From assembly GCA_903919535.1 (NCBI GenBank), contig CAIXIP010000081.1, forward strand, positions 1 to 60,822: a stretch of DNA of 60,822 nt, given 5' to 3'. The notes under the pieces were generated by a model that was given only the letters and a program-made list of their open reading frames with translations, made no database searches and was not told where the DNA came from. Position 1 is the first letter of the stretch; every line of letters starts with the position of its first letter. This document shows, in pieces, positions 50,933 to 60,050 of this stretch. Source of the DNA: an uncultured Bacteroidota bacterium (GTDB taxonomy: Bacteria > Bacteroidota > Bacteroidia > 2-12-FULL-35-15). The position numbers were made by a program, and so were the translations under genes.

Positions 50933-52609
50933 TTGCTCATTGTGAGAAAAAATAAATTAGGATTAATCAACGCATCTGCAATTTTATTTGCAGTATTCTA
51001 CAGCAACTTTTCAGTTGCACAATTAAATTTAAACACAATCAATAACCTTAATTTGGGTGAAGTGCATGGCAATTTTCAAGCTAATGCACAATATTATATT
51101 CCCGATTCAACGATTGGTGCTGCTGACGTTCCTGAAAAAATGTTGTTGAATGGCTTCGCAAATATTATTTATACGAAAGGGAAATTTACTGCTGGTATTC
51201 GATACGAAAGTTATTTAAATGCTTTGCAAGGATATCCTACGGGATATAAAGGAAACGGAATTCCTTATCGTTATGCAACCTATAAATCAGATGAGTTAGA
51301 GGTTACGGTTGGTAGCTTTTATGAGCAATTTGGAAATGGCTTAACATTGAGAAGTTATGAAGAACGAAATTTAGGATTAGATAACGCACTTGATGGAGCA
51401 AGATTAAAATATCAACCATTTAAAGGTGTTTATTTAAAAGCATTGGTAGGTAAACAACGTACTTACTTCACTACTGCCGGTTTAGTTCGCGGCTTTGATG
51501 GAGAAATTCAAATCAATGAAGCTTTTGCGAAACTAAAAGATAAAAAAACAGTTGTAACCTTGGGTGGAAGTTTTGTAAGTAAATTTCAAACGGATGCAGA
51601 TCCAACCTTGGTATTACCACAAAATGTTGGAAATTCAGCTGGAAGATTTGAAATCACAAGAAATAATTTCAGAATTAACGGAGAATACGCATACAAAATT
51701 AACGACCCTTCTTCTGATAATAATTTTATTTATAAATATGGTGATGCAGCGCTTTTGCAAGCAAGTTATGCTATGAAAGGATTTGCATTGTCTGTAAGCG
51801 GGTCTCGTATTGATAATATGAGTTATCGTTCAGACCGAACAGCTCAAATAACTAATTTGTTGATTAATTATATTCCCGCTTTACCAAAACAGCATACGTA
51901 TTGCTTATTGGCATTTTATCCATATGCTTCGCAATCTAAAGGGGAAATGGAGTTTTCAAGTGAGATAAAATATAAAATTAAAAAAGGGACTGCATTAGGC
52001 GGTGCTTATGGAACAGAGATCACCGTGAATTATTCGGGTGCTAATAGCCTTGATACAACTCAAATAAAAGGAACAGATACAAAACATTTAGGGTATTCAT
52101 CCAATTATTTAGGTGTAGGAAAAGAAATTTACTTCCGAGATCTTTACATTGAAATATCAAAAAAGATAAACAAAACCTGGAAAGGAACATTGGTTTATTC
52201 TAATCAGATCTATAACAAATCCATTATTCAAAAACCCGGTTCGCCAACAATTTATTCCAACATAATAATTGCTGATATTACTTATAAATTAAAAGCTACA
52301 AGTTCATTGCGATTGGAATTACAAAATTTACAAACTAAGCAGGATCATCAGGATTGGGCTTATGCTCTTTTAGAATATACTATCAATGAAAATTGGTTTA
52401 TTGCGGCAGGCGATCTATACAATTATGGAAATGAAGAAAGTGCTAAGCGTTACCATTATTATATGGGTAATATCGGATATATGAAAAATACAAATCGTAT
52501 AACGTTAAGTTATGGTAAACAGCGTGAAGGCATATTTTGTGTTGGCGGAGTTTGCCGCAATGTACCTGCTTCAAATGGTATAACACTTTCAGTTTCCAGT
52601 AGTTTCTAA
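50933..52609 (+). CDS. DUF6029-like outer-membrane beta-barrel
   Basis: VGSFYEQFGNGLTLRSYEER.LG.DN; C-terminal GIFCVGGVCRNVPASNG; terminal Phe (start may be GTG 50942). Confidence 0.78.
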   Translation: MLIVRKNKLGLINASAILFAVFYSNFSVAQLNLNTINNLNLGEVHGNFQANAQYYIPDSTIGAADVPEKMLLNGFANIIYTKGKFTAGIRYESYLNALQGYPTGYKGNGIPYRYATYKSDELEVTVGSFYEQFGNGLTLRSYEERNLGLDNALDGARLKYQPFKGVYLKALVGKQRTYFTTAGLVRGFDGEIQINEAFAKLKDKKTVVTLGGSFVSKFQTDADPTLVLPQNVGNSAGRFEITRNNFRINGEYAYKINDPSSDNNFIYKYGDAALLQASYAMKGFALSVSGSRIDNMSYRSDRTAQITNLLINYIPALPKQHTYCLLAFYPYASQSKGEMEFSSEIKYKIKKGTALGGAYGTEITVNYSGANSLDTTQIKGTDTKHLGYSSNYLGVGKEIYFRDLYIEISKKINKTWKGTLVYSNQIYNKSIIQKPGSPTIYSNIIIADITYKLKATSSLRLELQNLQTKQDHQDWAYALLEYTINENWFIAAGDLYNYGNEESAKRYHYYMGNIGYMKNTNRITLSYGKQREGIFCVGGVCRNVPASNGITLSVSSSF

Positions 52610-52625
52610 TTTATAAAAATAGATA

Positions 52626-53522
52626 ATGAAAATTAAATTTATTTCAACTATCGTAATCGGATTCGCTTTATTGATATCATCATGTGATTTTGTATCTATT
52701 CCCGCACAGGGAACCGTTGGCCCAACCGGCCCAACTGGTGTGGTAGATAGTACAGTGCATCGTAAGGTCTTATTGGAAGATTATACCGGACATAAATGTA
52801 CTGCATGTCCTGCTGCTGCCATTACAGCAAATTCAATTGTATTAGCCAATCCCGAAAAAGTAATTGTTATTGGAGTTCATGCAGGTTTTTTTGCTAATGC
52901 AATGACAACAGGAACACAATACTTGACAGATTTTAAAACTGCAGCAGGAACTGCTTATGATACCTATTTTGGAATTTCTGCAGTTGCAAATCCGAATGGA
53001 TTAATAAACAGAAAAGATTATACTTCTAGTACAACAAACCATATTAAATCTCCAGGAACTTGGGCTACCGAAGTTGCAATAGAATTAGCAAAACCACCAT
53101 TGGCAAAACTGGAAATTGTAAATAGCTACAATTCAGGACCCCGGGTTTTAACCTGCAATGTAAATTCTACTTTTTTGCAGGATACATTAACTGGAGGGCC
53201 ATACAAACTTATAGTTTCAGTGCTACAGGATTCTATCATAGCCGATCAACTTGATGCTGGTGTGTATGTGCCAGCATATGTTCACAGACATGTGTTGAGA
53301 GATAATATCAACGGTACCTGGGGCGATAATTTAGTAAACGCAGGGTCAATTATTACAAATTCTGTAATCAATAAAAATTACAATTATACTTTTCCTGCAA
53401 CGTATCCAGCTGCTGGTGCTAGCTCAACAAGTTGCGATGTAAATCATTGTTACATTGTTGCATATATTTATAATGATGTTACTAAAGAGGTAATTCAAGT
53501 AGAGGAGAAGAAAATACAATAG
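52626..53522 (+). CDS. Omp28 family lipoprotein (CxxC)
   Basis: Lipobox ISSC; KVLLEDYTGHKCTACP, NPNGLINR, YVHRHVLR. Confidence 0.88.
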   Translation: MKIKFISTIVIGFALLISSCDFVSIPAQGTVGPTGPTGVVDSTVHRKVLLEDYTGHKCTACPAAAITANSIVLANPEKVIVIGVHAGFFANAMTTGTQYLTDFKTAAGTAYDTYFGISAVANPNGLINRKDYTSSTTNHIKSPGTWATEVAIELAKPPLAKLEIVNSYNSGPRVLTCNVNSTFLQDTLTGGPYKLIVSVLQDSIIADQLDAGVYVPAYVHRHVLRDNINGTWGDNLVNAGSIITNSVINKNYNYTFPATYPAAGASSTSCDVNHCYIVAYIYNDVTKEVIQVEEKKIQ

Positions 53523-53544
53523 AAAATTGATCATTATCAACAAG

Positions 53545-53574
53545 AATGCACCAAAGCAATAACTTTGGTGCATT
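53545..53574 (+). terminator. Hairpin terminator
   Basis: Perfect 12-bp stem aatgcaccaaag/ctttggtgcatt. Confidence 0.65.
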
Positions 53575-53598
53575 TGTATTTTATTACCTTTGTAATAC

Positions 53599-54219
53599 AT
53601 GAGAAAATTAATTTTAATAGCTGTCATATTTTTATTTTTCGTTACCGGAATAAAGGCGCAACAGCGCTTTAAAGTAGGATTGAAAGCTGGGTTAAGCACA
53701 AGTCAGGTAGCAGGTGATACCTATAGCGGATATCACAAAGCAGGTTTTGATGGAGGAGGATTCGTTACCGGAAAGTTAAGCGAAAAGTGGAGCGCCCAAT
53801 TTGAAATAATTTATATTCAAAAAGGAAGCAAGCAAAATCAAAATCCTGAAAAGGGCATGTTTAATTTTTATTTTTTGCAACTAGATTATATTGAAGTGCC
53901 GGTGTTGTTTCAGTTTCATCAGAAAAAATTCACATTTGAAGCTGGTCCCGGATTTGGCTATCTGGTAAAGGAAAGGGAGTATAATGATTACGGAGAAATA
54001 ACAGGAGCTCGCCCTTTTTTTAAAACAGAAGCAAGTTTTAATTTAGGCATAAGTTATAAAATATATAAAAATTTGGGAATGAACTGGCGATATTGTAATT
54101 CATTTTTGGCAATTCGCAAACACGCTTCAGGTGCCAGCACATGGTATAATCCAGGACAAATAAATAATGTGTTGGCTTTTACATTAACATATCAATTTGG
54201 AAATAATGAATCAGAATAA
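53599..54219 (+). CDS. Outer-membrane beta-barrel (porin/PorT-like family)
   Basis: GLKAG, EIIYIQKG, LDYIEVPV, terminal LTYQF; -7 box TACCTTTG 6 nt upstream. Confidence 0.8.
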   Translation: MRKLILIAVIFLFFVTGIKAQQRFKVGLKAGLSTSQVAGDTYSGYHKAGFDGGGFVTGKLSEKWSAQFEIIYIQKGSKQNQNPEKGMFNFYFLQLDYIEVPVLFQFHQKKFTFEAGPGFGYLVKEREYNDYGEITGARPFFKTEASFNLGISYKIYKNLGMNWRYCNSFLAIRKHASGASTWYNPGQINNVLAFTLTYQFGNNESE

Positions 54220-54781
54220 ACATAAAGTTGTTGTAGCTATTACCGGAGCAAGTGGAGCGGTTTATGCAAAAGTGTTGCTTGATAAATTAAATGAATTACA
54301 CGAACAAATTGAAGCTGTTGGTGTTGTGATGAGTGACAATGCAAAAGATGTTTGGAAATTTGAACTTGGAAATTCTGATTATGAAAAATCGAAATTTAAA
54401 ATTTACACGAAAAATGATTTCTTTGCACCCTTCGCATCAGGTTCTTCTAAATACGATACTATGATTGTTTGCCCTTGTTCCATGGGTACATTGGCGCGTA
54501 TTGCAAGTGGTGTTTCAAATGACTTGACAACCCGTGCTGCTGATGTTATTTTAAAGGAAAGAAGAAAACTTATTTTAGTGACACGTGATACTCCTCTAAG
54601 TTTAATTCATATTAATAATATGAAAACAGTTACAGAGGCCGGTGGAATTATTTGTCCTGCAAGCCCTTCCTTTTATAGTAAACCACAAACAATCGAAATG
54701 CTTGCAGCTACTGTAATTGATCGTGTTCTTGACTTGTGTGGTTTTGATCAGAATTCGTTTAGATGGGGAGCCGAAAAATAA
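54206..54781 (+). CDS. ubiX: Flavin prenyltransferase UbiX
   Basis: AITGASG, ASGS, PCSMGTL, RAADVILKERRKL, P..PSFY; ATG 54206 preferred. Confidence 0.93.
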   Translation: MNQNKHKVVVAITGASGAVYAKVLLDKLNELHEQIEAVGVVMSDNAKDVWKFELGNSDYEKSKFKIYTKNDFFAPFASGSSKYDTMIVCPCSMGTLARIASGVSNDLTTRAADVILKERRKLILVTRDTPLSLIHINNMKTVTEAGGIICPASPSFYSKPQTIEMLAATVIDRVLDLCGFDQNSFRWGAEK

Positions 54782-54845
54782 AGTACTCAACAACAATCTG
54801 TTAGAAAATTTTATGATTTTTTATGAGAATTATTTTTCAACGATT

Positions 54846-54871
54846 TGTAACTTTGTTCTTGACATTTCGTT
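54846..54871 (+). promoter_or_regulatory. Putative ECF promoter TGTAAC-N16-CGTT (overlaps a TAACTTTG box)
   Basis: Same layout as 55318-55343. Confidence 0.4.
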
Positions 54872-54928
54872 TCAAACAACGTAAATTAGTTCTAATAAAA
54901 ATTGATAAACCCTTAATAAAGCATCCTC

Positions 54929-55123
54929 ATGTTTGAATTAAGTAAAAATATTTTGCAGAAAGTAAGTTTTGATAAAGTTCTTTTTCGAAAAGAGTTGACC
55001 AAAGCAGTGAAATGGCTTAAGCCGGAAGAAAAAGCGTTGTTGATGATGTGGTGCTTAACAACATTCGGACATCAATACAAAGATGTGATCCACGAAGTGT
55101 ATAAGAGCGTTGTGAAATCATAA
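54929..55123 (+). CDS. Small conserved hypothetical protein
   Basis: KNILQKVSFD..LFRKEL.KA..WL...E...L..W pattern recognised from Bacteroidota small proteins. Confidence 0.7.
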   Translation: MFELSKNILQKVSFDKVLFRKELTKAVKWLKPEEKALLMMWCLTTFGHQYKDVIHEVYKSVVKS

Positions 55124-55317
55124 TAATTTTCTTTCATATAAATTAATAACGAACACTTTTATTTATAGAGAAGCTTCTTTATTAGTGCCTCCACGTTAAA
55201 TTTTTACCTAAAAAGATATCCTGTAGCATCCTGTCCCATTTTGAGTCCAATTCAGTATCTGCATGCGAATTCCGAAATAAAATGTCATTGCACATTGAAA
55301 TGATCTGGCATTTGGGC

Positions 55318-55343
55318 TGTAACATTTTGATTCTTCAGCCGTC
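55318..55343 (+). promoter_or_regulatory. Putative ECF promoter TGTAAC-N16-CGTC
   Basis: 47 nt upstream of ATG 55391. Confidence 0.5.
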
Positions 55344-55390
55344 CCTATTGTTGTACATTTGTATACGAACCGATTACAAAATCAAAACAC

Positions 55391-56140
55391 ATGAAAAACA
55401 TTCCAGTTATAGCGAAGCTTATTTTATTAGCAGGTATACTTTTTACAAGTTGCAACAATACTACTATTTCAACAGGTGACGGTTCCAGTAAAGTTGAAGG
55501 GAACAGAAAAATAAAATCAGAACAGCGGGATATCACATCTTTTAATAAAATAGAAACGGACGGAGTGTTTAATATTATTCTAACGCAAAGCGACAATGAA
55601 TCGCTAAAAGTAGAAACTGATGAAAACATTCAGCCCCTTATTCTTACTTCGGTTGAAAATGAGGTTTTAAAAATCAAAATGAAAGAAAATGCGTCCATTG
55701 ATAAAATGAAAAAAATAACCATTTACATTTCTTTTTCATCTCTTTCAAAACTGAATAGTAATGGAGTAGGAAGTTTAAAATGTTCAAACAAACTAAATTT
55801 AAAGGGGTTTGAATTGGATGCAAATGGAGTTGGTGCAACAGAATTGAATATAAATGCCGATAAATTAACTATTCATTCTGAAATTGTTGGAGCATTAGTT
55901 TTATCCGGAAAAGTGAAAGATGTGTTTATTAACAACAAAGGTTTGGGTGCTATTTCTGCATTTGAGCTGAAAGCCGAAAACTTAAGTTTGTATTCGGAAG
56001 GTGTTGGGGCTGCAGAGGTGTATGCTTCAAACGAGTTAAATATTAATGTAAGTGGATTGGGAAGTGTTAAATACAAAGGGAATCCGAAAACAAAAAACAT
56101 TAAAAAAGAAGGATTAAGTAAGGTGGAGGCTGTAAATTAA
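55391..56140 (+). CDS. Head GIN domain (DUF2807) lipoprotein
   Basis: Lipobox FTSC; repeated GVG/GLG beta-helix units; YKGNP. Confidence 0.88.
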   Translation: MKNIPVIAKLILLAGILFTSCNNTTISTGDGSSKVEGNRKIKSEQRDITSFNKIETDGVFNIILTQSDNESLKVETDENIQPLILTSVENEVLKIKMKENASIDKMKKITIYISFSSLSKLNSNGVGSLKCSNKLNLKGFELDANGVGATELNINADKLTIHSEIVGALVLSGKVKDVFINNKGLGAISAFELKAENLSLYSEGVGAAEVYASNELNINVSGLGSVKYKGNPKTKNIKKEGLSKVEAVN

Positions 56141-56163
56141 ATTTTATTGTTGTCATGCCTTAA

Positions 56164-56263
56164 CCACTAATTTGCAAATCACCTCCATTCACCAACCAAA
56201 TTCCACCGTATAATAAGTTTAGATCTCCAGTTAGTATAATGATGAGTACAAGAATTACATTTG
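56164..56263 (+). promoter_or_regulatory. Four 21-bp-phased CC[AG] repeats plus -7 box TACATTTG
   Basis: CCACTAATT 56164, CCATTCACC 56185, CCGTATAAT 56206, CCAGTTAGT 56227; -7 box 56256-56263. Confidence 0.4.
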
Positions 56264-56293
56264 ACAAGGTATTCATCTAAAAAACTATGGATT

Positions 56294-58552
56294 ATGAAAA
56301 CAAAAATTACTCTTCTGACACTTATCGTTGTTTTAAATTTTGTTTCAAAAGCGCAAACATTTGTAACAATACCTGACTCGCAGTTTGCAGCTTGGCTACA
56401 AGCGAATATACCTTCTGCAATGAATGGCAACCTGATGGATACAAGTAATTTGGCTGTTACAACAAGAACTTCAATAGTAGTTGAACGAGACTCTATTATG
56501 GATTTAAGCGGAATTCAATATTTTCATTCTCTAATAACATTAAATTTTGGTAATGGTAATTATTCTTCTATAAACAATTCATTAACGAGTTTGCCAACTT
56601 TACCTGAATCACTCGATACATTAATTTGCAACTTCAATCATCTAACAAGTTTTCCCACTTTGCCAAGCACACTTAAATATTTAGACTGTTCTTATAATTA
56701 TTTAACGCCTCTGCCTAATTTACCCAACTCCCTTATAACACTGATATGTTATAGTAATCAGTTTTGGAGTCTTCCTTCTTTGCCAAGTTCTCTCTCCTAT
56801 TTAGATTGCTCGCTGAATTTATTAAACAATTTACCTGCTTTACCCAATTCGCTTTTGACTTTACGTTGTCAAGGTTGTGATCTGTCCGCGCTTCCTACTT
56901 TGCCTAATGCACTCCAGGTTTTAGATTGTTCAATGAATCAGATAACAAGCCTGCCGGCACTGCCTAATACACTTCAATATTTAGAATGTTCAAATAATGG
57001 TCTTTTTTGTTACCCTACATTTCCAAGTTCTCTGATTTATATTTCTATTTCTAATCCGGCCAACTGCTTACCAAATTACGTTGCTGCAATGGATGCCGCA
57101 ACTTTATCAAACCCGTTATGTGTTGATGGGGATTTAACAAATAACCCCAATGGTTGTTCAAGTGGCAAAGGTATTGTTGGTACTATTTTCGAAGACGATA
57201 ATAGCAATTGTATTATGGATTTGACAGATCATCGAATTGCGAATGTCCATTTATCATTATATGATACTAATGATAATCTTATTGCTCAAACGTATTCGTT
57301 ACAAAATGGGTATTATTCCTTTCTGGATACAGCAGGTATCTATACAGTAAAAATGGATACCGTAGCTATGCCATTTAATGTGCAATGTGTTTATCCGGGA
57401 ATTGATTCTGCCATAACACTTACTTCTATTGATCCAATGGTAAGTAATGTAAATTTTAATATTACTTGCAAACCAGGTTTTGATATTGGAGTTCAATCTG
57501 TTATTCCGATAGGAGCAATATTCCCGGGACAACAGCATAAATTAAAAATTATTTCAGGAGAAATTAGCAATTGGTATAATTTGCATTGTGCAACAGGAAT
57601 TAGTGGCCAGGTAGAAGTTACGGTAACGGGTCCTGTACACTTTGATAGTATTGTCTCAGGCGCAACTACTCCTTCTATTCTGGGCAATGTGTTTACATAC
57701 AGTGTCGCAGATTTTGGTGTCATAAATAATTCTCATGATTTCGGTTTGTTATTTACAACCGACACGTCAGCGCAAACTGGTGAAAAAGTTTGCATAAATG
57801 TAAATGTTACACCTACCAATGGTGATATCGATATCTTAAACAATAATTATCAGTTTTGCTATCAGGTAAGCAATTCTTTCGATCCAAATTTAAAGGAGGT
57901 TTACCCTATAGATGTTTTACCCGGATACCAAGATTATTTTACTTATACTATCCATTTTCAAAATACAGGAAACGCACCAGCAATGAACATTCGTTTAGTG
58001 GATGTGTTAAATAATAATTTGGATTTATCTACTTTTCAGGTAATCAATTACAGCCATTATAATATCACATCTTTAAATGGCAATGTTCTGACCTTTCGTT
58101 TTCCAAATATTCAATTACCCGATAGTTTAATTGATTCCAATGGGTCTATAGGTTTTGTTCAATATAGAATTAAACCAAAATCGGGTTTAATAAACGGAAC
58201 ACAAATACAAAACACAGCGAATATTTATTTTGATTATAACTCTCCAATAACTACAAATACAACTGTGAACACATTTACAAGTGCTGCAAATGTGCCGAAT
58301 TTAAGTAGTACAGATAACGCTACGCTCATTGCCCCTAACCCCTTTACTGATATAACTACCATTACATTTACTCAGGAACAAAAAAACTCTACCATTAAAA
58401 TAATGGATGTTTTAGGCAAAGAAATAAGAGTAATAATTTTTACAGGCAAACAATTGGTAATAGAAAAAGGGGAAATGATAGCAGGGATATATTTTTTTCA
58501 GGTAGCTGATACAAATGGAAATGTGGTAAATAAAAAAATAGTGATTCAGTAA
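56294..58552 (+). CDS. Leucine-rich-repeat protein with SdrD-like/DUF7619-like domains and T9SS type A CTD
   Basis: Signal peptide MKTKITLL; 20-aa LPX LRRs; SFDPN.K, YTIHFQNTG, ANIYFDYN.PI.TN; CTD APNPF...GIYF...KKIVIQ. Confidence 0.85.
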   Translation: MKTKITLLTLIVVLNFVSKAQTFVTIPDSQFAAWLQANIPSAMNGNLMDTSNLAVTTRTSIVVERDSIMDLSGIQYFHSLITLNFGNGNYSSINNSLTSLPTLPESLDTLICNFNHLTSFPTLPSTLKYLDCSYNYLTPLPNLPNSLITLICYSNQFWSLPSLPSSLSYLDCSLNLLNNLPALPNSLLTLRCQGCDLSALPTLPNALQVLDCSMNQITSLPALPNTLQYLECSNNGLFCYPTFPSSLIYISISNPANCLPNYVAAMDAATLSNPLCVDGDLTNNPNGCSSGKGIVGTIFEDDNSNCIMDLTDHRIANVHLSLYDTNDNLIAQTYSLQNGYYSFLDTAGIYTVKMDTVAMPFNVQCVYPGIDSAITLTSIDPMVSNVNFNITCKPGFDIGVQSVIPIGAIFPGQQHKLKIISGEISNWYNLHCATGISGQVEVTVTGPVHFDSIVSGATTPSILGNVFTYSVADFGVINNSHDFGLLFTTDTSAQTGEKVCINVNVTPTNGDIDILNNNYQFCYQVSNSFDPNLKEVYPIDVLPGYQDYFTYTIHFQNTGNAPAMNIRLVDVLNNNLDLSTFQVINYSHYNITSLNGNVLTFRFPNIQLPDSLIDSNGSIGFVQYRIKPKSGLINGTQIQNTANIYFDYNSPITTNTTVNTFTSAANVPNLSSTDNATLIAPNPFTDITTITFTQEQKNSTIKIMDVLGKEIRVIIFTGKQLVIEKGEMIAGIYFFQVADTNGNVVNKKIVIQ
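56582..57061 (+). repeat. Eight 20-aa (60-bp) bacterial LPX-type LRRs
   Basis: LxxLPxLPxxLxxLxCxxNx x8. Confidence 0.85.
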
Positions 58553-58612
58553 TCACTATTTCAAAAATTCAATATTCCTTTTAAATCCGGAAATTTTTGT
58601 TCGGTTATTAAC

Positions 58613-59263
58613 CTAGCTAAGTAAATTGTGTTTTACGGCATACATAATTATTCCAATCACATTTTTAGCTTTTGTTTTTTGTAAAATCCGTTCTTTGTGA
58701 CCATCAATTGTTCTTACGCTCACAAAGAGTTTTTCTGCAATTTCTTTATTTGTAAGTTCCTTGCTAATTAAACGAATGATTTCAATTTCCCTCTCCGATA
58801 AATTTACTTCCTTGAAGTTGGGACGTATTTTATTGCTGGATAAAAGTCCTTTTACTAGTGCTCTTGAAATACGATCATTAAAATAAAAATCGTTTTCAAC
58901 AACTCCATTAATAGCATCAACAACTATTTCGATATCCTGGTTTTTTAAAAGAAAACCATTCGCCCCTTTGCTAATCAGATGGTTAATAAATCCTTCTTCA
59001 TTATGCATAGTAATGATAATAATTTTTGTGCCTTCGTATTTATTTTGCAAACGTTCAGTTGCTTCAATCCCATCCATCACCGGCATTTGAAGGTCTAATA
59101 AAATTACATCAACTCTTTTATTTTTAAGTTGCTCAAGAAGCTCTTCTCCATTTTCCGCTTCAATTATTACTTCAAATTCAGGAAAATCTTTGAGCAATGC
59201 TATCAGCCCTTTTCTAAAAAGGTGATGATCGTCAACTACAGCGAGTTTAATTGTTTGATTCAT
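58613..59263 (-). CDS. NarL/LuxR family response regulator
   Basis: VVDDH, LLDLQMPVMDG, LSEREIEI...TNKEIAEKL HTH; ATG 59263 preferred. Confidence 0.93.
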   Translation of the reverse strand: MNQTIKLAVVDDHHLFRKGLIALLKDFPEFEVIIEAENGEELLEQLKNKRVDVILLDLQMPVMDGIEATERLQNKYEGTKIIIITMHNEEGFINHLISKGANGFLLKNQDIEIVVDAINGVVENDFYFNDRISRALVKGLLSSNKIRPNFKEVNLSEREIEIIRLISKELTNKEIAEKLFVSVRTIDGHKERILQKTKAKNVIGIIMYAVKHNLLS

Positions 59264-60050
59264 TTGCAGGAACGTCAATAGTAATTAATGATTTTGTTGC
59301 ACAAACGGTTATGTATTGAACAGTAGCATTTATCATTTGTGCGCGACTTTGAATACTTCTTAATCCGAATCCACCTTTCCCTTCGGAGAGTTGGTTAATC
59401 ATATCGGAACTAATGCCTATTCCGTTGTGAGAAATTTCTGTGCTTTGAAATAATGTTTTAGATTGAAGTGTTATTGTTATTTCAGATGCTTGAGCATGTT
59501 TAATAATGTTATTAATCACCTCTTGCACAATTCTATATAATTGGAGTTCAACTCTTTTTGATAAATTAAAATCTTCATCCGGTGGATTAAATGTAATTTC
59601 AATAGCATTTGTGTTTTTTATCTGTCGACACAATTCAAGCAGTCCGTTTTCATATCCCAGTCGAATCAGAATAGGGGGCATTAAATCTCTTGCAATTCCA
59701 CGTATGTTTTCTATAGAAGATTCAAGCAGCCCTTTGCTTTCTTTAACTATTTCAGCAACCACAGTCTTATTGTCAAGATTTCGCGATATTCTATTCAAAT
59801 GTAAATTTAGTACATTAAGTGCAGAGCCCACATCGTCATGGATATCCTTGGCAATCTTTTCTCTTTCTAATTCCGCTACTTCAATGGATGCATCCATCAG
59901 TTTTTTCTGATGTATATTCTCTTTTTCCTTTATTATAGATCTGTTTTCAAACATCCGTCTTTGATGAAGAAGCACAAAAAAGACAACAAAGAATGCAAAA
60001 AATAGCATAACACATGTACCTATTATTAATAATGCTGTTGTAGTATTCAT
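59247..60050 (-). CDS. HisKA_3 histidine kinase with one TM and no sensor domain
   Basis: EREKIAKDIHDDVG, YRIVQEVINNIIKHA, HNGIG (D-box variant), GFGLRSI. Confidence 0.9.
   Translation of the reverse strand: MNTTTALLIIGTCVMLFFAFFVVFFVLLHQRRMFENRSIIKEKENIHQKKLMDASIEVAELEREKIAKDIHDDVGSALNVLNLHLNRISRNLDNKTVVAEIVKESKGLLESSIENIRGIARDLMPPILIRLGYENGLLELCRQIKNTNAIEITFNPPDEDFNLSKRVELQLYRIVQEVINNIIKHAQASEITITLQSKTLFQSTEISHNGIGISSDMINQLSEGKGGFGLRSIQSRAQMINATVQYITVCATKSLITIDVPANESNN

Noticed and set aside
55124-55310. Possible small RNA in the gap (weak palindrome around agaagcttct, atcctgt direct repeat)
   Set aside because: Stems are short and imperfect, with no recognisable RNA family or terminator
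56582-57061. 60-bp periodicity as CRISPR/VNTR, or the gene as an IpaH-type E3 ligase
   Set aside because: Periodicity is codon-degenerate LRR coding; no identical repeats, cas genes or NEL domain
94-59910. The many short ORFs antisense or out-of-frame within long genes
   Set aside because: Fully nested in well-supported CDS, with no motifs or independent expression signals
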